Assembly: GCA_951406725.2 (NCBI GenBank)
Contig: OX597820.1
Location: 109,926,001-109,990,000, forward strand
Source of the DNA: Octopus vulgaris
Taxonomy: Eukaryota
Length of the DNA stretch: 64,000 nt
Direction: 5' to 3'
Below are positions 49,600 through 62,069 of this stretch, piece by piece. A program made the translations under genes and the position numbers. Every line of letters starts with the position of its first letter. Positions within the stretch are counted from its first letter, which is position 1. The notes under the pieces were generated by a model that worked only from the letters and a program-made list of their open reading frames with translations, had not been told where the DNA came from and made no database searches.

Positions 49600-50850
49600 T
49601 TGTTGGCCAATGGACTCTTCTTCCACTTTTGGTTACCCTGTCTGTATGAGGTGTGATATCATTGGATAATGTGCTATTTTCTTATGTAGATTTGTTTGTG
49701 AGTGGCAGATGAGGAATAAGGTTGTTGTGGTGGGTGAATGGACTCAACAAAAGCCTGCTTAAGTGGATCAGCACTGACAATCTCCTGTCTCTACTGAATA
49801 TCTAAGACCGTATAATTTGGTCTAGCTTTTAGTACACAGTACAGTCTAGAATAAACAGAGTGCTAAGGATGCTTAACTACATTGTTGCACATGAAGACTT
49901 GAGTCCAGATATTTGTGTTCATATGGAAGAAAAATGGTAACTCTGCCATGTAACTTCACCATAATGAATATTGTTTGTAAGATTATGCTGTTGATTAGCT
50001 GTTGCAACTACCATCTGACCAGGCAGCATAAGTGAACCATTCAGTAATTAATTTGGGGAGTAACCTAGGTCTTTGTTAATAGTGGTGCATAAACCTAGTA
50101 AACAGGGCTTCTAACCAACTCCCCAAATCTGTATATACTCATAAAGCTGCTTTAAGTTTCTATCATTCTGTTAGACATGGGGTAACAAGCTGTAGTAGAA
50201 ATTCTTTGTGTATCTAATAGATTAGATAAGTCAAGGAAAAGACTGGATTCGAATTGACGACCCCTGTTGATTGTTGTCAAAGGTACACATAAACATGAAA
50301 TCCATTAGGCCATCGGAGTCTTTGCAACTTCTAAGGGATGAAATATCTTTAATTGGTATGGCTTCAGGATATCTGGAATAATTGTCTATACAAGCTGAGG
50401 GATACATTTTATATTGTACTGGTAGTAGAGGACCCACAATATCTATGCGGATATGTTTAAAATGAGCACCAGGAGTGGCAAATGTACCATGTGGAACCTT
50501 GATGTGGCAGTGAACTTTGGGTTTTTGGCAGGAAATACAATGTTGTATTCAATTACAAATATGTACTCTACATATTTGGCCATACAAAATTGGCTGAAAC
50601 TAATTTCTCTGTTGCTAAAATACCAGAATGAGATAAATCATGAAGAACTGAAAGACCATTTATCTATGGTTTTCCAGGACATAAGGTCTAGAAGATCCAG
50701 TTGAAACATCATTCCATAAGTGAAACTCTAGATTGTTGAGGTAAGAGATGAAAATCTAGAGAAGATGACTGAATTTTGGAGTTGCAATAATTCTCCATTG
50801 CCTTTCTTAACTGTAGCAATTCTTTCCAAATTTCTAGTATCAGCAGAATA
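49600..50850 (-). pseudogene. Highly degenerate Gypsy integrase fragment
   Basis: DIVGPL..CIDNYSRYPEAIPIKDIS (ORF 50231..50437). Confidence 0.6.
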
Positions 50851-51892
50851 CAAAGCTCTCAACAACATAATTCCAGGTTTAATCTCACTGCATGGCACTT
50901 GGTTGAGAATTTTCTACTGTAACCTCAGAGTGACCAAAGCCTTGTGAGTGGATTTGAAAGATGGAAATTGAAAGTAAACCTGTCACATGCATGTGTGTGT
51001 GTGTGTGTGTGTGAGACTCTGTGTGTCTTTGAGTTTGTGTTTGTCCTTCACTACTGTTTGACAACTGGTGCTGGTATGTTTAAATTTCTATAACTTATTG
51101 ATTTGGCAAAAGAGACTGATAGAATGATAAAAAATAAAAATAAGTACTGGTGTTGATTCATTTTATTGAAATTCTTCAAGGCAGTATCCCAACATGACTG
51201 AAACAAGTAAAAGAATAGAAAAATAATGTATCTGTTGCAAAATTTTCACTACCCTTGATATGATGAATATCCACAGTAAACTGTGAAATATAAGCAAGGT
51301 GTCTGATGTCTCTTGGGGTGTATTTATCCATTTTGGATTAATATTTTATGATCGTATAAATGGCAAATGTTCTTCAAATGTATTGCCAATACTTTTATCC
51401 AAATGTACAATATCTTATTTCAGCTAACTTAAAATGTTTCCAAAAAAATGAGAAAGAAGTTGTCAGGAATTTTGGATAAACCATTACAGTACTCCACCGA
51501 TTCCAATTTCAGATGCATCTATCATCAATGACAGAGTTGCATCTGGTTAGTAGAGTAATTCTAGTTAATTTTTCTTTAATGTCACTAATGTTGGAGTTAG
51601 AGAAATAGTTTAATTTTAAGCCTGTTACCTATTCTAATGGTTTCTTTTTGCCAAGCTACTAAGTTACAGGGACTGAACCCAGAACCATGTGGTTGGAACA
51701 CAAACTTCTTACCACACAGCCATACACACGCGTGCGCACACACACACACACACACACACATACACTCATGCATATGCATATTTATACATGCATTTATGCA
51801 TGAGTGTGCATGTATATGTTCTTTGCTTGGAAAAAGAAATAAGGGTCAGTTTCAGGAAGAGCAAGCATGAAAAAATATACTAAAATGAAAGA

Positions 51893-51926
<34 letters not shown>

Positions 51927-51968
51927 ATTCATGGGGAAGGCTAGTTTATGGGATTACTGTGGGTTTCC

Positions 51969-52230
51969 ACAGATGTCATCGCAGAGTATACACGCAGCAA
52001 GTTTAGATGGGCTGGACACGTCGCCCGGCTCACCGATAATCGGTGGACCTGCGCAGTTGTCGAGTGGTACCCACGCAAGCGGAAACGACCACCCGGAAGG
52101 CCTCCACGATGGTGGAGTTATGATTTCAGGAGGACGATTGGGATCACGTGGATGAGAAAGGCGTGATCCAGAGAGGAGGGGACAGCGTGCTGTGACCAGC
52201 GGTGTCAAATGGATGCCTGACGGACTGGTC
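51969..52230 (+). pseudogene. RTE-type LINE 3' fragment (distinct, CpG-rich family)
   Basis: KFRWAGHVARLTDNRWT..EWYPR..KRPPGRPPRWW. Confidence 0.8.
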
Positions 52231-53032
52231 ACTCTGAGAATGTGTGTCTGTCTGTCTGTCTGTGTGTTTCCCTAAAACTTGAGAACTACACAACCAATTC
52301 CATTCAAATAGCAATTGGTATAAAATTGCATCAATGATTTGAAGTGGTTTCACATGAATGGGAATAAATTAAAAATAAAATTAGTGTGCAGAAATGGAAT
52401 AGTCCAGATGGATAATAAAAAATTAAATTAAAGAAAAGATTATTGTCTATAAAGTATACAATCTAGAGAAAAAAGAAGATTTGAACACATGGAGGAAAGC
52501 ACCTTCGAAAAGTGTCTTGGTGTGACTATGAAAGGTATCTAATCAGAGGTGGTAAATTCGCCACAATAGAAGCAAGGTTCAAATCAACGGAGCGTGCAAG
52601 GGAGTACTTGACTTGAACTTGCAAAGTGGAAATATTTTATTTTTACCTTTATATCTGGGACGTAGGACGTCCTGGAAAAAAATTTTTAATGCCCCCCACC
52701 CCTTCCCGAAGTAGAGGTAGGCTAGATTGTAGCCACACTTCTATACAAGAGGGAGGACAAGATACAATTAATCGAAATTACAAGAGACGGGCTAACAATT
52801 GCAGTCTGTTATATATTTTGAGTATTGTTATCACTAGCGATATCAAGATATAACTTTGTATTTTGTATTTTATGTGTAGATGTATATATATAGATGTACA
52901 TGTAATATGTACATATATATACACATATATACATGCACTAGCACTATGACCCGGCAACGACGGGTCTTTAATGCTAGTATATATATATATCCGGTGAAGA
53001 AGCACACTCTAAGATGTAGAGCAGTTTATATT

Positions 53033-53244
53033 TTCATGAGGAAGGCTGGTTTATGGGATTACTGTGGGTTTCCCATCCATAAAGGGTTTAGTTTTATGGA
53101 ATATTGTCAGATCCCAAAACCTGTTGGTCTAAGACCTTAGGTCTTTGGCCAACAGGTTTTGGAGTCTGATAATATGCCATAAAAATTAAACCCTTTATGG
53201 ATGGGAAACCCACAGTAATCCCATAAACTAGCCTTCCCCATGAA
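53033..53244. repeat. ~212-bp fold-back palindrome (MITE-like)
   Basis: Arms ttcatgaggaaggctgg... and ...ctagccttccccatgaa pair along the whole length around the centre aagacc-tta-ggtctt, with about ten mismatches. Confidence 0.9.
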
Positions 53245-54263
53245 TATATATATATATATATTCACTTTGATTAAAATGAAACGCAGCAAAACATCTAATT
53301 ACAGTTCATCTGCATTTAGCATCTCTGACCATCACTCACTCCCACTCTGTTGTTTTAGTTTCTCCCAACTAACCTGACTGATGTGAAACACATTGCATTT
53401 ATTATATGTAAGAAAAGATTAGTTAAATATTAAGAATGCAGAATGAACTTTTAAATACGAAAAGCAAATGGAACACCTAAGCAGAGTCGCTGTTACAGCA
53501 AAAAAGTAGAAATGCTGACACATGCAAAAATAAAGAGAATGACTCCAGGTCATGTCAAATGATTTAAAAAGTAAATCTTACAAAGTAGAACAAATTCAAC
53601 AACTTCAAACACTAATGTATTACTCCCCCAAAAAAGCATATATAAAAAGACATGTAGTGTATTATAAATATTGATGTGTGTGTGTGTGTGTATCAATATG
53701 GATATAAAAAAATAAATATGAAAGAAAGGGAAGAGTGTACTGACTAATGAAAAATGGAGTGTTGTATTTTATTTTATTGGAAGCTGAAACTGCAGAAATG
53801 GTGTCTCTGAGTTTCTCCTTTATGAACTTCAGATAAAAATTAATCGTCCCAAATTTGGAAATGAGAAGTTTAGACTAATGACTTATGAGGTTTCAACTTC
53901 CAGTAATATCATGTATGTGTGTGCACATGTCTATAGCTGTTGTCATTGGAAAATTCCTCACATTGAAACCTTTTCTGCAGTTGGTGTTGTTTTATTTGCC
54001 AATTCATTTGTTCTTTTTTTTTTTCATTGGTCAGCTTTGTTGATATTTCTCTGTATACTGTTTTCCCTGACCAGGTCAGTAATAATTCTGTCATTACTTG
54101 TCACTTGCATAATGTCATCCTATTTTGCTAAACCATGTTTTGTTTTAGTTAGAGTTGTTTATTGTTCATTCATTGACCACTTCAGTTGTTGTCTTGTATC
54201 TACCTGTCTGTTACACCATTCATATCCTGTTTTATTAAGTTTTTAATTCTGTCTACTTCATAA

Positions 54264-54356
<93 letters not shown>

Positions 54357-54405
54357 TGCATGCAAGCATGTGTGTAATAGTTTAATATTTTTGATTCTTT
54401 GACAG

Positions 54406-54561
54406 AGTATTGCACTATTCATTGCCTGCTTGTGCCATGATCTTGATCATCGTGGTAAAACTAATCAATTCATGAAATTGTCTGAATCTCCACTAGCAGC
54501 CCTTTATACAACTTCAACAATGGAACATCACCACTTTAATCAGACCGTTACCATCTTGCAG
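54406..54561 (+). CDS. PDE10A: PDE10A-like phosphodiesterase, catalytic-domain exon (HDxxHxGxxN signature)
   Basis: tctttgacag| ... |gtttgt. Reads [52 protein letters not shown], the PDEase_I metal-binding signature. 156 nt, phase 0-0. Confidence 0.95.
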
Positions 54562-54877
54562 GTTTGTATTCATAACTGTCATCACATTCCAGTTTCTATT
54601 CAGCTTTTTATGTGACTTATGTTGTCTTTGGGAGTGCAACTTTTATTTTTTTTAGTCATTGTGATAACACTTTCATTTCTTTGTACAAAAGTTTTGCAAA
54701 AGTTTTACTGAATGTTTTCTTGCCAACCATATTTATTTTTAATTGTGAGTGAGAATATACGGCAAAAGATGTGTTCTTAATGTAAAGCAAAGGATGTTAA
54801 AAAACACAACAAATTTATAACAATTATTTATTGAAATAGGGCTAATAAATACAACTATTGTGTGTGATTATATATAT

Positions 54878-56190
54878 CATCATCATCATCATCATCATCA
54901 TCTTCATTTAACGTTTGTTTTCCATGTTGGCATAAATTGGATGGTTTGACCAGAGCTGGGCCAGGTTCCAGTATGATTTGGCTTGGTTTCTATAGATGGA
55001 TGCCCTTCCTAATACCAACCACCTTACAGATTGTTCTGTGTGCTTTTTACATGGCACTGGCACAAGTCCTTTTTTATATGGTACCACCATGGATGTCCTC
55101 TATGTAGCCTAGCATGGGAGCTTGTTACTTGGCCTGGCATGGGTGCTTGCTTTTTACATGGTCTGGCATGGTTACTTTTATGTGGAATTGGCACAGTACT
55201 TTTTACATGGACCAATGCAGATAATTCTTCATGGCACCAGCATTGGTTCTTTTTACATGGCACAAAGCTCTTGCAAAGCAAAATCCCTTTCAACAAGGAG
55301 GGAGCATTAACAATTTTTCTGTAGCAGAAAAGTCTTCTTGAGAACGGCATGGTGCCAGATATCATGGTCCTTTGTCACCTCCTTTGTAAAGCTCAGTGTC
55401 CTGAGATCAGACTTTAGTACTTGGATCTCCCTCTTCCACAAGCTCCATCCACTTCTCTATGCCACTGTCTACATTCATCAATATCATATGACCAAACCAG
55501 TCCAGTCTTCTCTCTTGCACACTACTCCTAATTCCTCTTACGCCTAACTTTCCTCTCAATACACTAGCACTCTGTTGCACATGTACATGTGCATTGCACA
55601 TCCAGCAGAACATATACTAGCTTTATTCCTCTCTAGCCTTTGCTTGTCCTCTGCTGTTTGTATATATGCATCATACAATCTTCCTTTCATTTGGAGAGAC
55701 ATTTGGTTGCCAACAAACATAAAAGCTCTCTGAATTGTCTGCATCCTATTCTTATTCTAGTGATTACTCTTTCTGTACATCCCCCACTTTACTAATTAGG
55801 TCTCCTACGTAGCAGAAATTATCCACTACCTTTAAAGAGCCTCTGGAGTATTTGAGAAAATCAATTTCCTGTGTATCTGTCGTTTTTATGGTTCATGTGC
55901 ATCTTTCACATAGAAACACTACTTTCTCTGATAACCCTCCTATTATTCACTGCACCTCTTGTGTGTCCATAGCTTGCATTGGGTACACTGTATGGAATTC
56001 CTGCCTACACGTTTCCTATATATTAGATAGGAGTATTTACTTGAAGCAGGTAGGGTTCTGTCTGTTTTCTTGCTTACTAAAAACTTTAGTCTTTGCTAAG
56101 TTATCCATAAGGTTCTTCAATTCCAGGTTTTGCTTCCATACCAGGAATTTCTTTTGTAATTCTGTTACAGAATCCATTATGAGAGCAAAT
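54878..56190 (-). mobile_element. Old degenerate RTE 3' part with 3'UTR repeats
   Basis: (CAT)n tail; QERRLDWFGHM and MKGRLYDAY remnants. Confidence 0.75.
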
Positions 56191-56204
56191 GAGTGTGTAT
56201 GTAC

Positions 56205-59200
56205 TGTTGTAATATTGGGTTTTATATTGTTTCCAAAATAATAGAGTTTCCCATTGTTTCCATAATGTTATTATGTATCATGTGTGTTTTAAAGTTATTG
56301 AAGACTCAGCAACTATATTAGTTTTGATTTTTTCCTTGCTTCCTTTAATTGTTCTAACAATTGCTTTTGTTGTATAATGGAGCTTGATGATATTGGTTGA
56401 TAAATAGAAAGACAAAGCAGCATGAGATAAGACATGTTCATTTATTAGCAAAGCATACACAGTAATGGCTTCTCATTATAGAGGACCCAAATGTGTTGTT
56501 TTTAAACTAGAGAGTTTCCGTTATGGTAGGTGACCAATGAAAGGGAGATAACACCCACCTCTTGCAGGTTATGAATTCATAATGACAGTTTCTTTGGTAG
56601 TCGAATTCTCCGACCACTCCTGGTGTACACTACTGGCTTGGGATTTCCTGAGCTGGAAGGTGGGACATCCCTGTGCGCAGTGAACTGGGTCTCAGGTTGG
56701 TCAACTTGTTTGGTGAGATGTCCTGTTGAATTATCACAGCTGTACTCAGGAATGTATCTGGGTATGGTTGGTAAGGTGGACAATTCTGTTGGGGTAGCTA
56801 CTTGAGGAAACTTGGTTTTCTCACTTCTCTTGCAAAGATGGCTTCTATTTTGATGAAGTAGTCCTGAATCTGCCTCAACAAGTACTGACCTTGGTAATAG
56901 AGTTTTCACCACTTTGGCTGGACTGGTTTTAGGTGTCTTCATCCAAATTGGCTGTCCTTCAGTAAAAGATGAACGCTCTCTAGGTCGGTGACGTTTGTCA
57001 AAATCGACTTTTTGTTTCAATTTGAGCCGAGAGTCTGCATTCTTGTGCTGCTCAGCATTTTCTTGGCAGGATACAGTTTTATAAAAAGTTGTTGGAATGT
57101 GAGTCCTGAGTTTCCTATTCATCAACAACTCTGAAGGACTCTTGCCATGTTGTAGTGGAGTACTGCAATAATTAAGCATTGCGATATATAGATCACTTGC
57201 TTTTTGTTTTAGAAGGTTTTTAACTGTTTGGACCACACGTCCAGCCTCTCTGTTTCCTTGTGGATAATGGGGACTACCAGTGAGGTGTAAAAAGCCAAAA
57301 ACATTTGATACCATATCTAGCAAATATTGATTTGCAGTTGTCAATGATACTGCCTGATATTGTTGTCTGTAGATGAGATATCTCTATCCATCTAGAATAG
57401 TAATCAATGACTAATAAATATCTGTGTCCTTTCAATTTGAATAAGTCCATTCCTACCTTCTGCTATGGATAGTCAGGTAACTTGGTATGTCGTAGTGGTT
57501 CTGGTAGATATTTCTTTTCCTTCTCACAGATACTACACCCTCCTATCTTCTCAGCAATTTGCTTCGAAAGGCCTGGTCACCAAACATTGTCCTGTGCCAG
57601 TGCTCAGCATTTGACGAAACCTTAGTGTCCTTCGTGTAGATGATCCAAGATGTCTTTTTGGATGTCAGCAGAGATGATGAGTTGGCTCTGATACAGTAAG
57701 AGTCCTTAATAAACTGTTAGGTACTGCTGTACAAACCAGTAGGGTCTCAGTTCCGGATCTCGTGTGGCTGCTTCAGGCCAGTGGGAAAAGTTGATAACTT
57801 GACCACAGATTTTATTAGTGCATTGTTTCTGCCTGGTTTCCTCCGGTCGTTTGTCACTCACGGAGATGTTCTCTATGATAGAACAGACGAACATGTCTGT
57901 CTCTGTCTTCTGCTGGAACTCTTGTTTCATTGGTATGCTGCCAGGAGCCCTGGATACGATGTATGCTGTAATGAGGTTTTTCCCTGCAGTGTGTATGATC
58001 TCGTAGGTGAATCTCATTAGGCACATGCAAAAATGCTGAATTCTTGGAGTCAACCCACCGAGACATTTAGTCTTTAGCAGTGGTAATAGAGGCTTGTGAT
58101 CTGTTTCTATCAAGAACTTTGGTAGTCCTATCTAGAAGTCAGCAAACTTCTCACAACACCACATGACTGCTAATGCTTCCTTCTCAATCTGCGCATATCT
58201 CTGCTCTGTCTCAGTGAAAGATCTCAATGCATAGAATATAGGTCTCCAGCTATCACCTTCCTTCTGAAGAAGCACTCCACCCAAGCCAAAAGACGATGCA
58301 TCTGCTGAGACCTTTGTTGGCTTGTCAGCACTATTATGCATCAGTACTGGTGCAGAGCTCCGTTTTTCATTCAGAGTCTCAAATGCTGATTCTTGAGGCT
58401 GGTCCCATATCCAAGTGGTTTCTTTTTTTAGTAGATCCTGGAGTGGTTTAGTTGTCTGCTAAATTCTCAGTGAATTTGCCAACATGATTTACCATACTGA
58501 GCAACCTTCTTAGCTCAGATACATTTTGTGGTCTTGTCAGTTCCTTTATTACTTTTACTCAGATTCCTTCTTTGGATATTATATGACCCAGAAATTTCAC
58601 CTCACTAGCAGAGAATAAACACTTTTCATTTAGTGTTACACCTGCTGCTTTCATTCTTTGTAGTACCTTTTGTACCCTCTGTTCGTGCTCTTGTGTTTTT
58701 CCACTGACCAGAACATCATCTATGTCACAAATGAACCCTGGTATTCCTGACATAATGTGTGATATTTCTCTGTGGAAAATTTCTGGTCTGGAGCTTATTC
58801 CGAAAGGTAACCATAAATAACAGGATCATCCATACAGTGTGATGAAAGTGGTAAGTTCCTGTGAATCTTCATGCAGAACTATTTGGTGGAAACCACTGTT
58901 ACAGTCAAATTTCGTAAACACCTTCAAGTTCAGCAAGAAGTTGATCAGTTGAAGGAAGTGGAAAATTTTCCCTTTTCACACTTTCATTTAATTTAGTGTA
59001 GTCGACACAAAAGTCTGACTTACATCATTTTTCAGGACTGCTACAATGGGAACACACTAGTCTGTCAGGGACTTCACTGGACGGATAATTTTCTCTTTTT
59101 TCAATCGCTTTAAATCTTGCTGGACTTTCTTCGCCATGGGAAGTGGTAGTCGTCTGGGGGGCGGCAATTGAGAAAGGTTGAGCTTTTTCATCCAAGTGAA

Positions 59201-59310
59201 TTTTGTATACATGCCTCAATTTCCCTAGGCCTGTAAACACACTGGGGAAGTCTTTGTTGTATTGGAAAGCTTCTCGTGAATATTTAACTGAATATTTATT
59301 GCCAGACATA
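56205..59310 (-). mobile_element. Degenerate Gypsy (Mag/SURL-like) pol with 3' LTR (~56205-56553)
   Basis: VFTGLGKL, DIDDVLVSG (RT), SADASSFGLGGVL..YAQIEKEALA (RNase H), ETDHKPL, SPHYPQGN..E (integrase), TRSGRRIR. PPT gcaagaggtggg precedes TGTTAT on the minus strand. Confidence 0.88.
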
Positions 59311-59689
59311 AAGATATTTGGTGTTGGCTATATATATTTGAACTATATAAATAATTTCTTACTGGGAGAGAGGAAAACTGCTTTGAAATTATAGAAAGCT
59401 ATCTATGTGGCAAAATGTGGTCAGTCCAAAAAATATACAAAGTCATCTGTGCAAATCTCTGTGGTGATGGAGGTCCCTTAGCTGTTTGTCTGGCAAGAAT
59501 GGAGGCTTAGGTCAGCCAGCCACCTTCAATAATTTGCAATTAATTGAGTGCCAAAGCAGTTTTTTTATAGGAAACAAGAACATTCAAGAAAACCATCTTA
59601 TGCCACAGCCTTATGCTGATTAGTCAGTTTATAGACCAATTACATGAAACTATGGTGTTTGACTGAATATCTAGTGGTTAAGTTTGGAA

Positions 59690-61060
59690 GAATCATTCCT
59701 ACAATATTATTAAACTTGTGGTCTTCTAAAACATCAAGGCAATCTTGAAGTTGTTTCCACAACCTCCTGTGTAAACTACTAAATTTCATTAGCCAGTACC
59801 TTTGAACTAAATCTGGTCCTGGCCCTTCTAATTTGGCATTATTCCTAACACTTTACTTATTAATGCACTAGTTAGTCTTAGATCTGGCTGCTTCTCACTC
59901 ACTACTTCTTTCCTCACTTTCTTTAAACATACTGCATCTCCATTATGATTGACTGGCTTATCCCAGATATTACTCCAGATCTTTCTAGATTTTTCTGCAA
60001 TAGGTTTCTCATCTTCAGTATTTCATTCTCCATTATTTGGTTATAAAATCTCCTCTGGTGTGTCTCAAATAATCTATTCTGTTGATACTGATCTATTCTT
60101 TTCTGATATCTAGAGAGCTTATTTGCTAATGCTATGATACACTGTTTCAACTCTTCTATTAATGTCCCAAATCCTTTCTCTTTGACTAAGTATTTTTTCT
60201 CAAGAGAAGATTTGCATCTTGTATTTCCTAACTTGTTCAATTTACTCAGATCTTTTCTTAAAGTCTTCACTTTATTTTGTAGTCTCCTTTTCCTCATTTG
60301 CTCTTTTCTAATCTTTCCCTGTGAGATATATAATCTTCTAGTGACTACTACACCTCCTGCATAGATCAATAAGTTAGTGCCTCCTATATTTTTCCTATCT
60401 ATCCTACTGATGACAGAATCTACTTTCCTAGTCATTTCTAGCAATTTCCTTCTGTTGGTTCCTTTCAATACAGGAAATCTTTTTCTTACTTCTTTATTCA
60501 TTACTTCCTACAACTCATCTAAAATCTTCTGATCTTCCTCACTTAAATCCCTTAAGTCAATGATGCCAGTTGTCCCTTCCTTACTGGTAGCACTATTATT
60601 TTTTTCCTTTAGGTTCTTCTTTGGTTTGAGCTGTATCTCTTATGCAGTTGTTTGTCTTTTCTACTGCCTGGTCTTTCTTTTCCAGTTCTCTTGTGATCTC
60701 TTCTACCTCCAATTTTGTCATTCACTTTCTTCCCCTAGTAGTATTAGCTTGATCTACTAATCTCTGCTCAGTCACTTGAAACATACCCTTCTTTAACCAA
60801 AGTGTTAACATTGGTTTTCAATAGCCCCTTCTTTTAGGTTCACTTTCTAAGTAGCACTGCATCACTATCCTATTTTCTTCACTGGTTCACTTCCTCCTCC
60901 TTGCTCTATTATCTGCTGATGCTGTATTAAGATAACAGCTGTGGTCAGTTTGCATCTTTTCTGAACCACTGCTAAGCAAGGGGTCCAGCCTCGTTTTCTC
61001 TGTAACCGCCAGAGTTTGTAGGTAAACTCTTATCTCTCATAAACTGAGGTGAAGTAATGT
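59690..61060 (-). pseudogene. R4/Dong-type LINE, 5' half
   Basis: KRRLQNKVKTLRKDLS..EELKQ..KLSRYQKRIDQYQQNRLFETHQRRFY, plus GPDLVQRYWL remnant. Confidence 0.75.
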
Positions 61061-61640
61061 TCATTACTATCATCATCACCACTATTATTATCATTATTAT
61101 TATTCAACATCTGGTAGTTTCAAGTGACTTTCCATTGCATCACTTGCTGCACTTTCATGCTGGTGAGGTGTGTGCTACATACCCCCCACCCCATTTGGGG
61201 AATATTATATTGCATCAATATATTTTGCTAAGGGCATTGGTTTGAGTCTTCTGCTGTATTAGTGTTTGTATTGTGTGTTGTTTGTGCAGTGTAGGTTGTG
61301 TTCTTCCATTGGGTATTGGGCTTCTATGGCACATGTTGGGGTTGTTCATTTTATTGTACATTTGCTTTATGTTTATTCTTGTATGTTTTTAGAGGAGTGT
61401 TGCATTGTAGTGTGTGTAAATCACTTCATTGTATTCATAGTTTTCTGTCTATCACTCTTTTTTGGTTTTGTTATTTGTTTGGGAAGTGACATAAAGAGAT
61501 GGGTCAGTCTTTACAGCATTTACTTTTTGACAAAACACCACCCCTGGATGTGTGTTGAAGTTTCTTTTGAATAGTAATTGCCTAAGGCTCACTGAATGAA
61601 ATTCCCTACTATCACTTTTCCCCTTATTCTTTGTTCTTTA

Positions 61641-62015
61641 TTATTACCTATGCTTTAGTGAAGGCAGAGGTATAGTTTTCAGTTGTGTTTGTTTGCTTGT
61701 TTGTCCGTGGACAAGATATCTCAAGAACCACTTAATGGATTCAGATGAAACTTTCAGGGATGTTTTGCCTTGTGACTGGCACACACTGATTAGATTTTGG
61801 GATCACTCTAGCACCAGACAAAGATTCTGGATTATTTTTCCTGATTTTCTTTACTTAATTTTTTAGTGCAGTCGGGTTCATTTTTAGTATTCGCATTTGT
61901 GAGAGCAGTCGAGTTTATTTCAGATATTCTCATTTTAAAAATCATCTCTGGCTAATCATTGAGAAAACGTTGGTGTTGCCTTGGCAGATGTTTGCACTGT
62001 CTGAGCACTCTTGTT
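61641..62015 (+). mobile_element. Helentron-associated non-autonomous element (HINE/DINE-1-like)
   Basis: 5' ttattacc..ggcagaggt hairpin, (GTTT)n microsatellite, gatgaaactttcagg core, 3' ccttggcaga subterminal repeat and gcactgtctgagcactcttgtt end. Confidence 0.65.
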
Positions 62016-62069
62016 ATTATTATTATTATTAATATTTCAAGATTGTAGTTACTCTTCACAAAGGTAAAA

